Assembly (NCBI GenBank): GCA_041739995.1
Contig: JBGSMV010000047.1
Location: 224,001-288,000 of the forward strand
Origin: Bdellovibrionota bacterium
Lineage (GTDB): Bacteria > Bdellovibrionota_C > UBA2361 > JBGSMV01
Direction: 5' to 3'
Length of the DNA stretch: 64,000 bases
Both the position numbers and the translations under genes were made by a program. Below are positions 49,035 to 57,655 of this stretch, in pieces. The first letter of the stretch is position 1. Every line of letters begins with the position of its first letter. The notes beneath the pieces are model-generated. The model was given only the letters and a program-made list of their open reading frames with translations, was not told where the DNA came from and searched no databases.

Positions 49035-50051
49035 ATGTCGAATCTTGCTTTTCAAACCTTTTTTCGTCCGAATTTGTTGGACGACGACGGAGAATCCGCT
49101 TCTGGATATCGACCGTCTCCGGTATTTCGCCCTTGGCTGCGACGCCTTTCGGTTCTCCTCTTCGTTCTCTCGGCGATTAATCTTGTGGTTGTTGCTTTTC
49201 TCGGAGCAGGGTCGGATCCGCTTTTTGGGGGCTTAGAGATCTCGAATAGAAAATCTCTGAGTGAGGGAATGTTTTCTGTGCTCTGTGCGCTGGCCGCGAT
49301 ACTCGTCAGGGCCGTCGTGGTGCACGGTGAAAGACGGGCTTGGCAGCGCCGAGTAGCGATGCTCGTCTCACTTAGCGGACTCTTGCTCCTAACTTCCTGT
49401 TTGCATATCTGGGCACCGGTGCACTTTGAGTGGCTCGTGTATGCAGCGCTCACGACTACTACCACGAGCCAAGTTCTCTTTGGCCTCTCTGCGATTCTTG
49501 CCCGAGGGCTCTCGCGTACGCTTGTGGAGCAGGAGGCACGAGTTCCCACAGGTGCGTCCCGAGCTTTTGCCACGGCGCTGTTGCTTTTTGTGGGTATGGT
49601 AGTGTTTCAGTCAGTAACCGGAGGGATTCTTCGGGTGACTAACGCGAGCCTTGCAATCCCAGATTTTCCTCTCATGGCGGGAGGAATATTTCCTCCCTTA
49701 AGTAGCGAAGGGATAGCTCACGTTAATCAGCTACGAGCTGACGTCGGCCTTGACCCGACCTTTCTCTCTCATGTGCTCTTGCATGTGGTGCATCGTTTGG
49801 GAGGCCTAATCCTGGCATTGGGCGCCGTCCTTCTATTGGCTCACGTCTTCTTTAGCCAGGAGTATGTGCGATCGGAGACCCGCTCCTCCGCGTGCCACCT
49901 CCTTGTATTGCTTGTTCTTGAGATAGTTGCGGGGGTAGCTCTTCTCTCGACCCTGCTTGATCCGCTAGCATTGGCCGCACACGTAGTGCTGTCAGGATTG
50001 GTGCTGCGCCAGAGCCTGCTGCTCTGGTTGCGCGCTCGACTATGTTTGTAG
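49035..50051 (+). CDS. COX15/CtaA haem A synthase homologue with degenerate N-terminal half
   Basis: C-terminal half has FQ..TGG..R.T.A.LAIPDFPL, H..HRLGG and AAHV; N-terminal half lacks ExxHR and the second His. Confidence 0.7.
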   Translation: MSNLAFQTFFRPNLLDDDGESASGYRPSPVFRPWLRRLSVLLFVLSAINLVVVAFLGAGSDPLFGGLEISNRKSLSEGMFSVLCALAAILVRAVVVHGERRAWQRRVAMLVSLSGLLLLTSCLHIWAPVHFEWLVYAALTTTTTSQVLFGLSAILARGLSRTLVEQEARVPTGASRAFATALLLFVGMVVFQSVTGGILRVTNASLAIPDFPLMAGGIFPPLSSEGIAHVNQLRADVGLDPTFLSHVLLHVVHRLGGLILALGAVLLLAHVFFSQEYVRSETRSSACHLLVLLVLEIVAGVALLSTLLDPLALAAHVVLSGLVLRQSLLLWLRARLCL

Positions 50052-50115
50052 CGCGGGGCCTACAGCTAAACTGACCTTAACTCTTTCCTTCCGCCTCGAG
50101 CGTTGTTCAAAGCAC

Positions 50116-51276
50116 ATGATAATTCTTGCTTTAAAAATGTTGTTTGGAGACCGCGGCAAGTTTGTCGCGATGGTCGCTGGGGTGTTTTTCTCGGCGATGG
50201 TCATCACTCAGCAGTCTTCAATCTTTATCGGACTGATGACACGTACTTTCGGGTTCATTACTGACACGAATCTTCCCGATTTGTGGGTCATGGACGCCAG
50301 AGTGCAGTACGTCGATGACATTAAACCGATGCAAGATACCCAGCTTCTGCGCGTTCGAGGTGTTGAAGGAGTGGGTTGGGCGGTCCCACTCTATAAGGGG
50401 CTTCTTAAGGCGCGCCTTTCAGACGGACGATTTCAAAACTGCAATGTGATTGGCATCGATGACGCTACGTTGATCGGTGCCCCGGTGCGCATGGTCAAGG
50501 GGCGGATTGAGGACCTTCGAAAATCTGATGCAGTGATTGTCGACGCGGTAGCGGCGAGGACTCGGCTTGCTCTGCCACCGGCAGTTCCCGGTGGCGCTCG
50601 TATTCCATTAAAGCTTGGTGATGCAATTGAATTGAACGATCGACGGGCGGTGGTGGTGGGATTTGCTGAAACTACCCGTACGTTTCAGTCTCAGCCCGTT
50701 GTGTATACCACCTATTCGCGCGCACTTCGTTACGCACCGAGCGAACGACGACTGCTATCTTTCATACTTGTGAAGGCGAAGCCTGGGGTAGATCCAAAGG
50801 TAGTTGCGCAGAACATCTCGGAAACGACAGGACTTGGCGCATTCACGAGCGACGAATTTAAGGACATCACTGTAAGTTTCTTCATGACGAGCACTGGAAT
50901 TCCCATCAATTTTGGATTGGCTGTGGTTCTCGCCTTTATCGTGGGAACGGCAATTGTGGGGCAGACATTTTACACTTTTACGAATGAGAACTTAAAATAT
51001 TTTGGGACTCTGCGTGCGATGGGGGCGTCACCGTTCTCGTTGGTATTGATGATACTCGTTCAAGCGGCAGTAGTGGGAGGTATCGGGTATGGGCTTGGCG
51101 TGGGGGCGGCTTCGCTCTTTCAATACATCGCCACTGGTTCCGAGTTAGCCTTTCGTTTGGTCTGGCAAATTCTGGCCATCAGCGGAGCTGCGGTCTTTCT
51201 GGTCTGCGCCATATCCGCGCTTTTGAGTGCGAGAAAGCTTCTCAAGCTTGAGCCGGCGATTGTGTTTAAGGGATAG
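50116..51276 (+). CDS. ABC exporter permease (FtsX/DevC-like)
   Basis: LALKML.GDRGKF, DLWVMD, TGIPINFG, FGTLRAMGAS, LEPAIVF. Confidence 0.88.
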   Translation: MIILALKMLFGDRGKFVAMVAGVFFSAMVITQQSSIFIGLMTRTFGFITDTNLPDLWVMDARVQYVDDIKPMQDTQLLRVRGVEGVGWAVPLYKGLLKARLSDGRFQNCNVIGIDDATLIGAPVRMVKGRIEDLRKSDAVIVDAVAARTRLALPPAVPGGARIPLKLGDAIELNDRRAVVVGFAETTRTFQSQPVVYTTYSRALRYAPSERRLLSFILVKAKPGVDPKVVAQNISETTGLGAFTSDEFKDITVSFFMTSTGIPINFGLAVVLAFIVGTAIVGQTFYTFTNENLKYFGTLRAMGASPFSLVLMILVQAAVVGGIGYGLGVGAASLFQYIATGSELAFRLVWQILAISGAAVFLVCAISALLSARKLLKLEPAIVFKG

Positions 51277-51277
51277 T

Positions 51278-52054
51278 ATGGGGAGCGACATCGTAGCGGC
51301 TGAACATTCGACGGACACGGGCGCCGCGTCTTTGGCCATTCATTGCCTAGGAGTCCAAAAGAGCTACACCTCAGGTAGTGGGCCACAGCGCACAGTTACT
51401 CATGCGTTACGCGGGGTGAACTTAGATGTGCGCCGTGGCGAGCTGATGATGTTGGTGGGCCCCAGCGGTTGCGGAAAGACCACTTTGCTATCAGTGCTGG
51501 CAGGAATCTTGAACCAAGACTCTGGAACGGTGTTAGTAGAAGGAGAGGATATTAACCACCTTCCTGAGCGACAGCGCTCTGCCTTTAGGGGGCATGCACT
51601 AGGATTCGTGTTCCAGTCGTACAATTTAATTCCTTCGCTTTCGATTTCGGAGAATGTTTCTGTCCCGCTGATTATTCGCGGATGTGGCTGGGATGAAGCC
51701 TCGGTGCGGGCCGAGGCTATGCTAGCCAAAGTAGGGCTAGGTGACCGAGCCCAGGCATTGCCGAGACACTTATCGGGGGGGCAGCAGCAGAGAGTCGCCA
51801 TTGCGAGAGCAATGGTTCATGACCCCAAGATTATCGTGTGCGATGAGCCTACCAGTGCGTTGGACCAGGATACGGGGCACCTCATGATGGAGCTTTTTAG
51901 GGAGGTCGTGCTGACCGAAGGGCGAACCTTAGTTATCGTGACCCATGATTCGCGAATTTTTTCCTTTGCAGATAGAATTGCGCGCATGAACGACGGGGAA
52001 GTGCTTGAGGTAGTGGAGGCGGCGTCCTTGAGTGAAGAGACCCATTCCCATTAG
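51278..52054 (+). CDS. ABC exporter ATP-binding protein (LolD/DevA-like)
   Basis: GPSGCGKTT, LSGGQQQRVAIARA, CDEPT, VTHD; ATG 2 nt after the permease stop. Confidence 0.93.
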   Translation: MGSDIVAAEHSTDTGAASLAIHCLGVQKSYTSGSGPQRTVTHALRGVNLDVRRGELMMLVGPSGCGKTTLLSVLAGILNQDSGTVLVEGEDINHLPERQRSAFRGHALGFVFQSYNLIPSLSISENVSVPLIIRGCGWDEASVRAEAMLAKVGLGDRAQALPRHLSGGQQQRVAIARAMVHDPKIIVCDEPTSALDQDTGHLMMELFREVVLTEGRTLVIVTHDSRIFSFADRIARMNDGEVLEVVEAASLSEETHSH

Positions 52055-52184
52055 TGTCCTGAGTTAAAAGTTCGATGAATAATTCTCGCCGAGCTCGCTG
52101 CTCTCTTTGTGAGTATATTTAATGAATTACACAGTGAGTTCAGCGAGAAAAATACTTAAATGAACTTCTGACTCAGCACATTAG
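52051..52184. mobile_element. MITE-like element family A, copy 3 (inverted)
   Basis: TTAG+TGTCCTGAGTTAAAAGTTC ... GAACTTCTGACTCAGCACA+TTAG; the left TTAG contains the ATPase stop codon. Confidence 0.82.
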
Positions 52185-52220
52185 CAGACTTGTGAAAAAC
52201 TCTTTTCACAAGTCTGTTAG
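52181..52220. mobile_element. 40-bp perfect hairpin element family C, copy 2
   Basis: TTAG CAGACTTGTGAAAA ACTC TTTTCACAAGTCTG TTAG; shares its left TTAG with family A copy 3. Confidence 0.75.
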
Positions 52221-52262
52221 AAGCATTGCGGAAGTTTTAAAACGAGTGCATCGAAAGTAGTC

Positions 52263-53171
52263 ATGTTGGCCCGAGTTCGAAAATTCATACTTCCTAGTAT
52301 TGCGATCATCGGGTTCATTCACGCACTGCGCGTGGTCGCGCTTGGAAATAATCCTCCTCCCATTCAAGAGCCCCTCACCTTGCCCGCAAAATCTCACTTC
52401 GAGCAGTATGTGGCAGGCTCAGGAATAGTAGAGTCCAGGAGCGAGAACGTTGCGGTCGCATCTCAGATCTCTGGGGTAGTTGAGCGAGTGCATGTGACTC
52501 TTGGCCAGATGGTTGCGCGCGAGGATCCTCTTTTCGAAATTGACGGACGCTCACTTCGCGCGCAAGAGGCGGTCCAAGAAGCAGAAGCTCAGGTTGCGGA
52601 AGCTCAGCTTGAAGATGCCCGTCGACAGCTGGAGTTGTATCGCAGCTTGGCGGACAAACGTGCCATTAGCGAAGATGAAAGAATTCGGCGCACTTCAGCA
52701 TTTCAAATTGCCACTGCTCAGAATCTGGCTGCCCAGGCGCGAGTGAATGCAACCAGGGTGGAACTTGAGAGACTTGTCGTGAGGTCTCCGGTAGAGGGAT
52801 CGGTATTGCAGATTAAAATTCGCCCCGGTGAGTACGCTCCTGCACAGGTTCTTGCACAGCCTTTGATGCTGGTAGGAGATACGAAGACGTTGCATGTGCG
52901 GGTCGATATTGACGAAAATGATGCTTGGAGAATTAAGGCGGGGGCGCGTGCGGAGGCAAGCCTGCGCGGAAATCCAGAAATTCGCATGACACTTTCGTTC
53001 GTTCGCTTCGAGCCTTATGTTGTTCCTAAAGTGTCCCTGACGGGATCTAGCTCCGAGCGAGTAGATACGCGTGTTTTGCAATTGATTTATAAAGTTGAAA
53101 ACCCACCAGAGAATCTCTTCGTTGGGCAGTTGATGGATGTGTTTGTTGACACACAAGGGGTAGCGGCATGA
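52263..53171 (+). CDS. Efflux periplasmic adaptor (HlyD/MFP family)
   Basis: VAGSGIVE, lipoyl-like SGVV..V.V..GQ.V, coiled coil, VRSP..G.VL, RVDIDE, ERVDTRVLQ. Confidence 0.9.
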   Translation: MLARVRKFILPSIAIIGFIHALRVVALGNNPPPIQEPLTLPAKSHFEQYVAGSGIVESRSENVAVASQISGVVERVHVTLGQMVAREDPLFEIDGRSLRAQEAVQEAEAQVAEAQLEDARRQLELYRSLADKRAISEDERIRRTSAFQIATAQNLAAQARVNATRVELERLVVRSPVEGSVLQIKIRPGEYAPAQVLAQPLMLVGDTKTLHVRVDIDENDAWRIKAGARAEASLRGNPEIRMTLSFVRFEPYVVPKVSLTGSSSERVDTRVLQLIYKVENPPENLFVGQLMDVFVDTQGVAA

Positions 53172-54712
53172 GACGGCGAGTAAGGTTAGTGAGTATTTTG
53201 GTTTGCGTACTGTTCGTGGGTGGTTGTGCATCGCTCCCTTCTGTTGGCCCTGATTACCAAGAGCCCGAAATAGAAATGCCTTCGCATTGGCTTACAGAGG
53301 AAAAAGCACTTTCTTCCAAGGAGGCCGAGACCGTCTCCTTGGATTGGTGGAAACTTTTTGATGACAAGGCGCTCGGGGAGCTTGTGGGTCGGGCGATTGA
53401 GAGCAGTCCCGATATTAGGATTGCGCTGGCGCGTGTTGGGGAGGCTCGAGCTGCGCTTCAAGTGGCGACTGCTGGCTTCTATCCGCAGATAGATGCGGGA
53501 GCTAGTTTCGATCGGACTAACCCGAGTGATAGCTCCTTGCAGTCGGTCTCTCGCTCTCTTTCCCCCTTTAATCAGTATTCCACCGGGTTTGATGCTTCAT
53601 GGGAAATTGACGTTTTTGGAGGCCTCCGTAGAGAGCGCGAGGCGGCGGTCGCCACGCTCGAAGCGTCCGATGCGACCTACGCAGACGTAATGATCAGCTT
53701 GTTGGCCGAGGTGGCACGCAACTATTTCTCTATTCGGGCTTTCGACAAGCGTTTGCTGGTAAGCAAGAGAAACGTAGAAACCCAAAGCGAGAGCTTAGAG
53801 CTTGTGACGGCGCGGTTTGATGCGGGCTTGGTCAGCGAGTTGGACGTCGCTCAGGCTACTAGTCTCCTTGAGACCACTCGCGCCGAGATTCCTAGGCTGG
53901 AGGACGAGAGAGTGAACACGCTTACCGCTCTTTCAATCCTGCTTGGTGATTTTCCTGATGCCACAGAAGAATTCTTTGCGAGTCACCCAAAGAGATCGAT
54001 AAACGATCATGTAGCGAAACTTCCCGCACAGGTTTCCGTGGGGATCCCATTGGATCTGCTTCGGCGCCGACCTGATGTTCGAGTATTAGAACGTGAGCTT
54101 GCTGCTCAAACAGCGCGAGTGGGAGTAGCAGTCAGCGATCAGTATCCTCGTTTTTCTATAACTGGGCAGTTCGGATATTCAAGTTTTGAGTCCGGTTCTG
54201 TGTTCGAACGCGATAGCGAGCGTTGGGTGATTGGGCCATCGATCCAACTGCCGCTATTTAGAGGCGGCAGCATTCAGGGAAACATTGAGGCGCAGGATCA
54301 ACGCATGCTGCAAGCGCTGGCGCGCTATGAGAAAGGAGTGCTTACCGCAGTGGCTGAGACAGAATCTGCGCTCTCTTCCTTTGCGAGACAAAAGGAACGC
54401 CAAGTCTTTCTTGGTTCCGCGTCACGTGCGAGCGAGCGAGCGTTGGTGCTTTCAAGAGACCTTTATACTCAAGGAATTGCAGATTTTCAGCGAGTGCTCG
54501 ATGCTGAAAGGGCTTCGTTGATTGCAGAGAATGCTCTGGTAGTTGCTGAAGAATCCACGGTACTGGCGTTGATCTCGATATATAAAGCGCTTGGCGGAGG
54601 GTGGGACCCAGAGCTCGGCAACTTTGAAGATGCTTGGTCGAACCCAGACCAAGTTGATCTATCGAAGGCGTCCGTAGAAGTGCAGAAGGCTCCCGCTTCG
54701 TCTCAGAATTAG
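53168..54712 (+). CDS. Outer-membrane efflux lipoprotein (NodT/OprM family)
   Basis: Lipobox VGGC; VGPDY; WW..F.D; ASWEIDVFG; LLRRRPDV; YKALGGGW. Confidence 0.93.
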   Translation: MRRRVRLVSILVCVLFVGGCASLPSVGPDYQEPEIEMPSHWLTEEKALSSKEAETVSLDWWKLFDDKALGELVGRAIESSPDIRIALARVGEARAALQVATAGFYPQIDAGASFDRTNPSDSSLQSVSRSLSPFNQYSTGFDASWEIDVFGGLRREREAAVATLEASDATYADVMISLLAEVARNYFSIRAFDKRLLVSKRNVETQSESLELVTARFDAGLVSELDVAQATSLLETTRAEIPRLEDERVNTLTALSILLGDFPDATEEFFASHPKRSINDHVAKLPAQVSVGIPLDLLRRRPDVRVLERELAAQTARVGVAVSDQYPRFSITGQFGYSSFESGSVFERDSERWVIGPSIQLPLFRGGSIQGNIEAQDQRMLQALARYEKGVLTAVAETESALSSFARQKERQVFLGSASRASERALVLSRDLYTQGIADFQRVLDAERASLIAENALVVAEESTVLALISIYKALGGGWDPELGNFEDAWSNPDQVDLSKASVEVQKAPASSQN

Positions 54713-54740
54713 GATTTCCCTGAGCACCCGGGTTGCTACG

Positions 54741-54822
54741 TTCGTGGTCTTTGAGGTCTTTGTGGTTTAATCAAATTTAGGCCGATTCCTAGAGATTGTT
54801 TGCACCACTAAGACCACAAAGA
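54741..54822. repeat. 9-bp periodic GTGGTCTTT repeat and its inverted partner
   Basis: gtggtcttt gaggtcttt gtggttt (54744-54768) pairs with accactaagaccacaaaga (54804-54822); 17/19 complementary to 54748-54766. Confidence 0.6.
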
Positions 54823-54880
54823 GTTGGTTTGTTGCTGGTGCAATACTTGGCGAGTCAGACTTCATAGGACGTAATCCCTT

Positions 54881-55273
54881 ATGACGATTCTCTTAGTTGC
54901 AGTTGGAGGCGCCGCCGGTTCTGTGGCCCGCTATCTTGTAGGACTTGGAGCGCTTCGTTTCGCCGCTGCCTCCGCGTTTCCCTTCGCGACTATTTTGGTA
55001 AATGTACTGGGCTGCTTTCTGCTGGGAGGAGTCCTTGCGCTAGTTGGTTCTGCAGGGCCGTCAACATCAGCAGTGGCATCTTTTCGATTATTGATAATCA
55101 CGGGCTTCTTAGGTGGCTTCACGACCTTCTCCGCCTTCGCAGGAGAAACCGTGTTGCTTGCGCGGGAAGGGGCTCTTGGATTTGCAGTGGGCAATGTAGT
55201 TGCACATGTGGTGCTGAGCCTGCTTGCGGTTGCGGTGGGGCACCGCTTGGCGGCGTATTTTATAGGCCCCTAA
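54881..55273 (+). CDS. crcB: Fluoride efflux channel CrcB/FluC
   Basis: GGAAGSVARY, FPFAT..VN..GCF and TGFLGGFTTFSAF..E. Confidence 0.95.
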   Translation: MTILLVAVGGAAGSVARYLVGLGALRFAAASAFPFATILVNVLGCFLLGGVLALVGSAGPSTSAVASFRLLIITGFLGGFTTFSAFAGETVLLAREGALGFAVGNVVAHVVLSLLAVAVGHRLAAYFIGP

Positions 55274-55399
55274 GCCCTACACCAACTCAAGCCTCGCGGT
55301 GCCTAAATAGATACTGACAATTGAGATGGATTCGGCTATCAGATGCTGCCTGGCTGTAGCACTTTTTACCTGATGAGGAATGCCGTGAATCGAAAAACA

Positions 55400-56251
55400 A
55401 TGAATTGGAAAACAACTTTGGTCCTGACGAGTTCCACCTTGTTTTTAGGTTTAGGTAGCGCTAACGCGATTGAGACTCCCACGGATTTAATTGAGAAGCT
55501 CAAGGCAGCGATTGCTGCGAAGAACATGCAAGCCGCATCAAAGCTTGTCGAATGGGGACACGCCCCGATTCCTGCCTACCGCATATTCAAGATGAGTCTC
55601 GCAGACTGTTTCCCTCCGGCGCAGTGTAAGATTGAAGTTGTAGAGATGAGCGCGGAGCATAAAAACCCGCAAGGAGATTATAAATTCTCCGTGGTGCCAG
55701 AAGGAGAACTCAAACTTATCGATTCCTCAGTCGGCGGTAGTGATGGTTTCAGTATGCCCTTTGCGAAGGTCGGGACCGAATACAAGATTATTATCGGAGA
55801 ACCTACGGAAGCCGGGTTTGCGCAGACCAAAGCTAGCGTAGACGCACGCAAAATCGCGGAGGAGTTAGCCCCCGATCTTCTTACCGGTGAAGCACTCCCG
55901 GCAGACGGAGGCGGCACAGCTGCTGCCTATCGTGACTATCTTGCCGCGATTGCACGTAACGATACGAATTTTCTTGCCCAGCATGGGACCGAAGGCGATC
56001 GGTATTTTTTTGGTACGGCGTATAAGAGCAATCCGACAAAGGCTGCGATTAACTTAGATCTCATTCGACTTGAGACCATCAAGGAACCCACCATTAAAGC
56101 CGGTTATGTGAAAGATAATCGTGCCGTGCTTTTAGTCAGTGGTGCCAATGGCCAAGGTTGGACGACGGAAGGAGCAGTGACGTTTGTTCGTGAGTCCAAT
56201 AAGTGGACAATCGAAGACAAGACTTACTTGAGTTACCCCCCGTTAAGCTGA
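55400..56251 (+). CDS. Secreted hypothetical protein, possibly two NTF2-like domains
   Basis: Signal peptide MNWKTT...SANA; two helix-start/beta-end units, the second ending VTFVRESNKWTI. Confidence 0.6.
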   Translation: MNWKTTLVLTSSTLFLGLGSANAIETPTDLIEKLKAAIAAKNMQAASKLVEWGHAPIPAYRIFKMSLADCFPPAQCKIEVVEMSAEHKNPQGDYKFSVVPEGELKLIDSSVGGSDGFSMPFAKVGTEYKIIIGEPTEAGFAQTKASVDARKIAEELAPDLLTGEALPADGGGTAAAYRDYLAAIARNDTNFLAQHGTEGDRYFFGTAYKSNPTKAAINLDLIRLETIKEPTIKAGYVKDNRAVLLVSGANGQGWTTEGAVTFVRESNKWTIEDKTYLSYPPLS

Positions 56252-56392
56252 ATTTGAGCTTCGGTTGCGGCGTCTTTTGCCTTGCTTGTCAGGGCACGAA
56301 CATTCTCAGAAAACGCGGAAAGGCGAAGCCCTCGCACTACAGCCGCATAACGCTGGAGCAGGCACTGATTTACTTGCGGCAAGCGCTGAGGG

Positions 56393-57655
56393 CTAATTAG
56401 CGTCGCGAAGTTCTGCGCGAGTTAGAAGCCACAAAATAATTGCTAAGCCCACCGAAGGTGCGAACGACGTAAGGCCGAAGGCTACTGGAAATTCTCTTAA
56501 AGCAATCACTTGCATTTGGGCTACCTGAGACATGAAGAAATAGAGCGCGAGCACAATAGTGAGGTGCCGCAGTTTAGCTTGTCCGGTGATGGGAGTGTGC
56601 ATGAGTAGCGCAACCAGGGGCGCGAGCGCCCAGGTGAGATGATGGAACCATACTATCGGAGAAAGCAGAATAAACGACGATACGAGAAAGCCATACATGC
56701 GGGCCGTACGATGTTCGCCCCATGCTCGTGTCCCGACTTTCACCCGAAATCCCCAAAGCCATGCGGCGATACTGAGCAACCCAAGCGAAAGAAGTGTCTT
56801 AATAGCCATGCGCAAAGCGAGGGAGGAGTCGTCTGAGAGCATTGAAAGTAAGGCTCTATCGAGGGCCAAGTTGAAGGTAAATTTTCTGAAAGTTTCCCCC
56901 TGCATCAGCTGAGTCGTGGAGGTAAAGAAGTCGCTGTAAAGGGTGCCGTACGAGGAAGTAAGCCCGCTAAAAATCAGAGCAACGACTAAGGAGACTAGGG
57001 TTGCGCCGCACAGGGCCATTGCTTTCCACGAACGTGAGAAGAGCAGGCCGAGTCCCATCAGGGCGGGACTCATCTTCAAAGCACCGGCGAAGGCCAGCCA
57101 GGTTCCGCTTATTGCAGCTCTATTCAGCGCCGAGTGAAAAAACAGCAAGACAAGCAGCAAGACGATGATGTGCGCTTGACCATCCATCACCCCGGTGTAA
57201 ACCGGCTCAAAGCAACACATGAAAAACATCGAGATAAGAAATTGTTCAAGGCGAGACAGGTTCTTAAATAGAGAGACGGCTAAGAGGGAGGAGGTGACGA
57301 CAGCGCAGCCGATAAGCAATGCGTAATTCAGCAAACACCACAGAAGCTTTGCGGTCTCGTACGGTAGGCTCGTAAGTGGCGTGATGGCCAGGGCGAGAAA
57401 TGGGGGGTAGAGGTAGCGAAGTTCAAAAGTGCGTCCGTCTCGTGCCAGCACGTGGTAAGGCGGCTCGTATGGAGACTCTCCATTTGCGATGCGCAAGGAG
57501 GCTTCGAAATAAATCCTAAAATCGAGCAGGTTGCCGCGAGCGGCGTCGAAGACAAACAAATAGAATGTGATCAGGAGCAGGCAGGCCGTTGCGATCCACT
57601 GCAGCGGACGATTTCTAACAATGTGCTCAAAGTTCAACTTCGTAGCCAATCTCAA
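56393..57655 (-). CDS. GT87/DUF2029 membrane glycosyltransferase
   Basis: DF.IY.EA....G.SPY, YLYPPF, GQ, K..P and SP..W.HH motifs. Confidence 0.85.
   Translation of the reverse strand: MRLATKLNFEHIVRNRPLQWIATACLLLITFYLFVFDAARGNLLDFRIYFEASLRIANGESPYEPPYHVLARDGRTFELRYLYPPFLALAITPLTSLPYETAKLLWCLLNYALLIGCAVVTSSLLAVSLFKNLSRLEQFLISMFFMCCFEPVYTGVMDGQAHIIVLLLVLLFFHSALNRAAISGTWLAFAGALKMSPALMGLGLLFSRSWKAMALCGATLVSLVVALIFSGLTSSYGTLYSDFFTSTTQLMQGETFRKFTFNLALDRALLSMLSDDSSLALRMAIKTLLSLGLLSIAAWLWGFRVKVGTRAWGEHRTARMYGFLVSSFILLSPIVWFHHLTWALAPLVALLMHTPITGQAKLRHLTIVLALYFFMSQVAQMQVIALREFPVAFGLTSFAPSVGLAIILWLLTRAELRDAN

Noticed and set aside
54713..55400. Fluoride riboswitch around crcB
   Set aside because: No GGnGATGGnGTTCnCC...GCTnATGAC pattern upstream; the GAGATGG at about 55323 is downstream of the gene and lacks the pairing partner.
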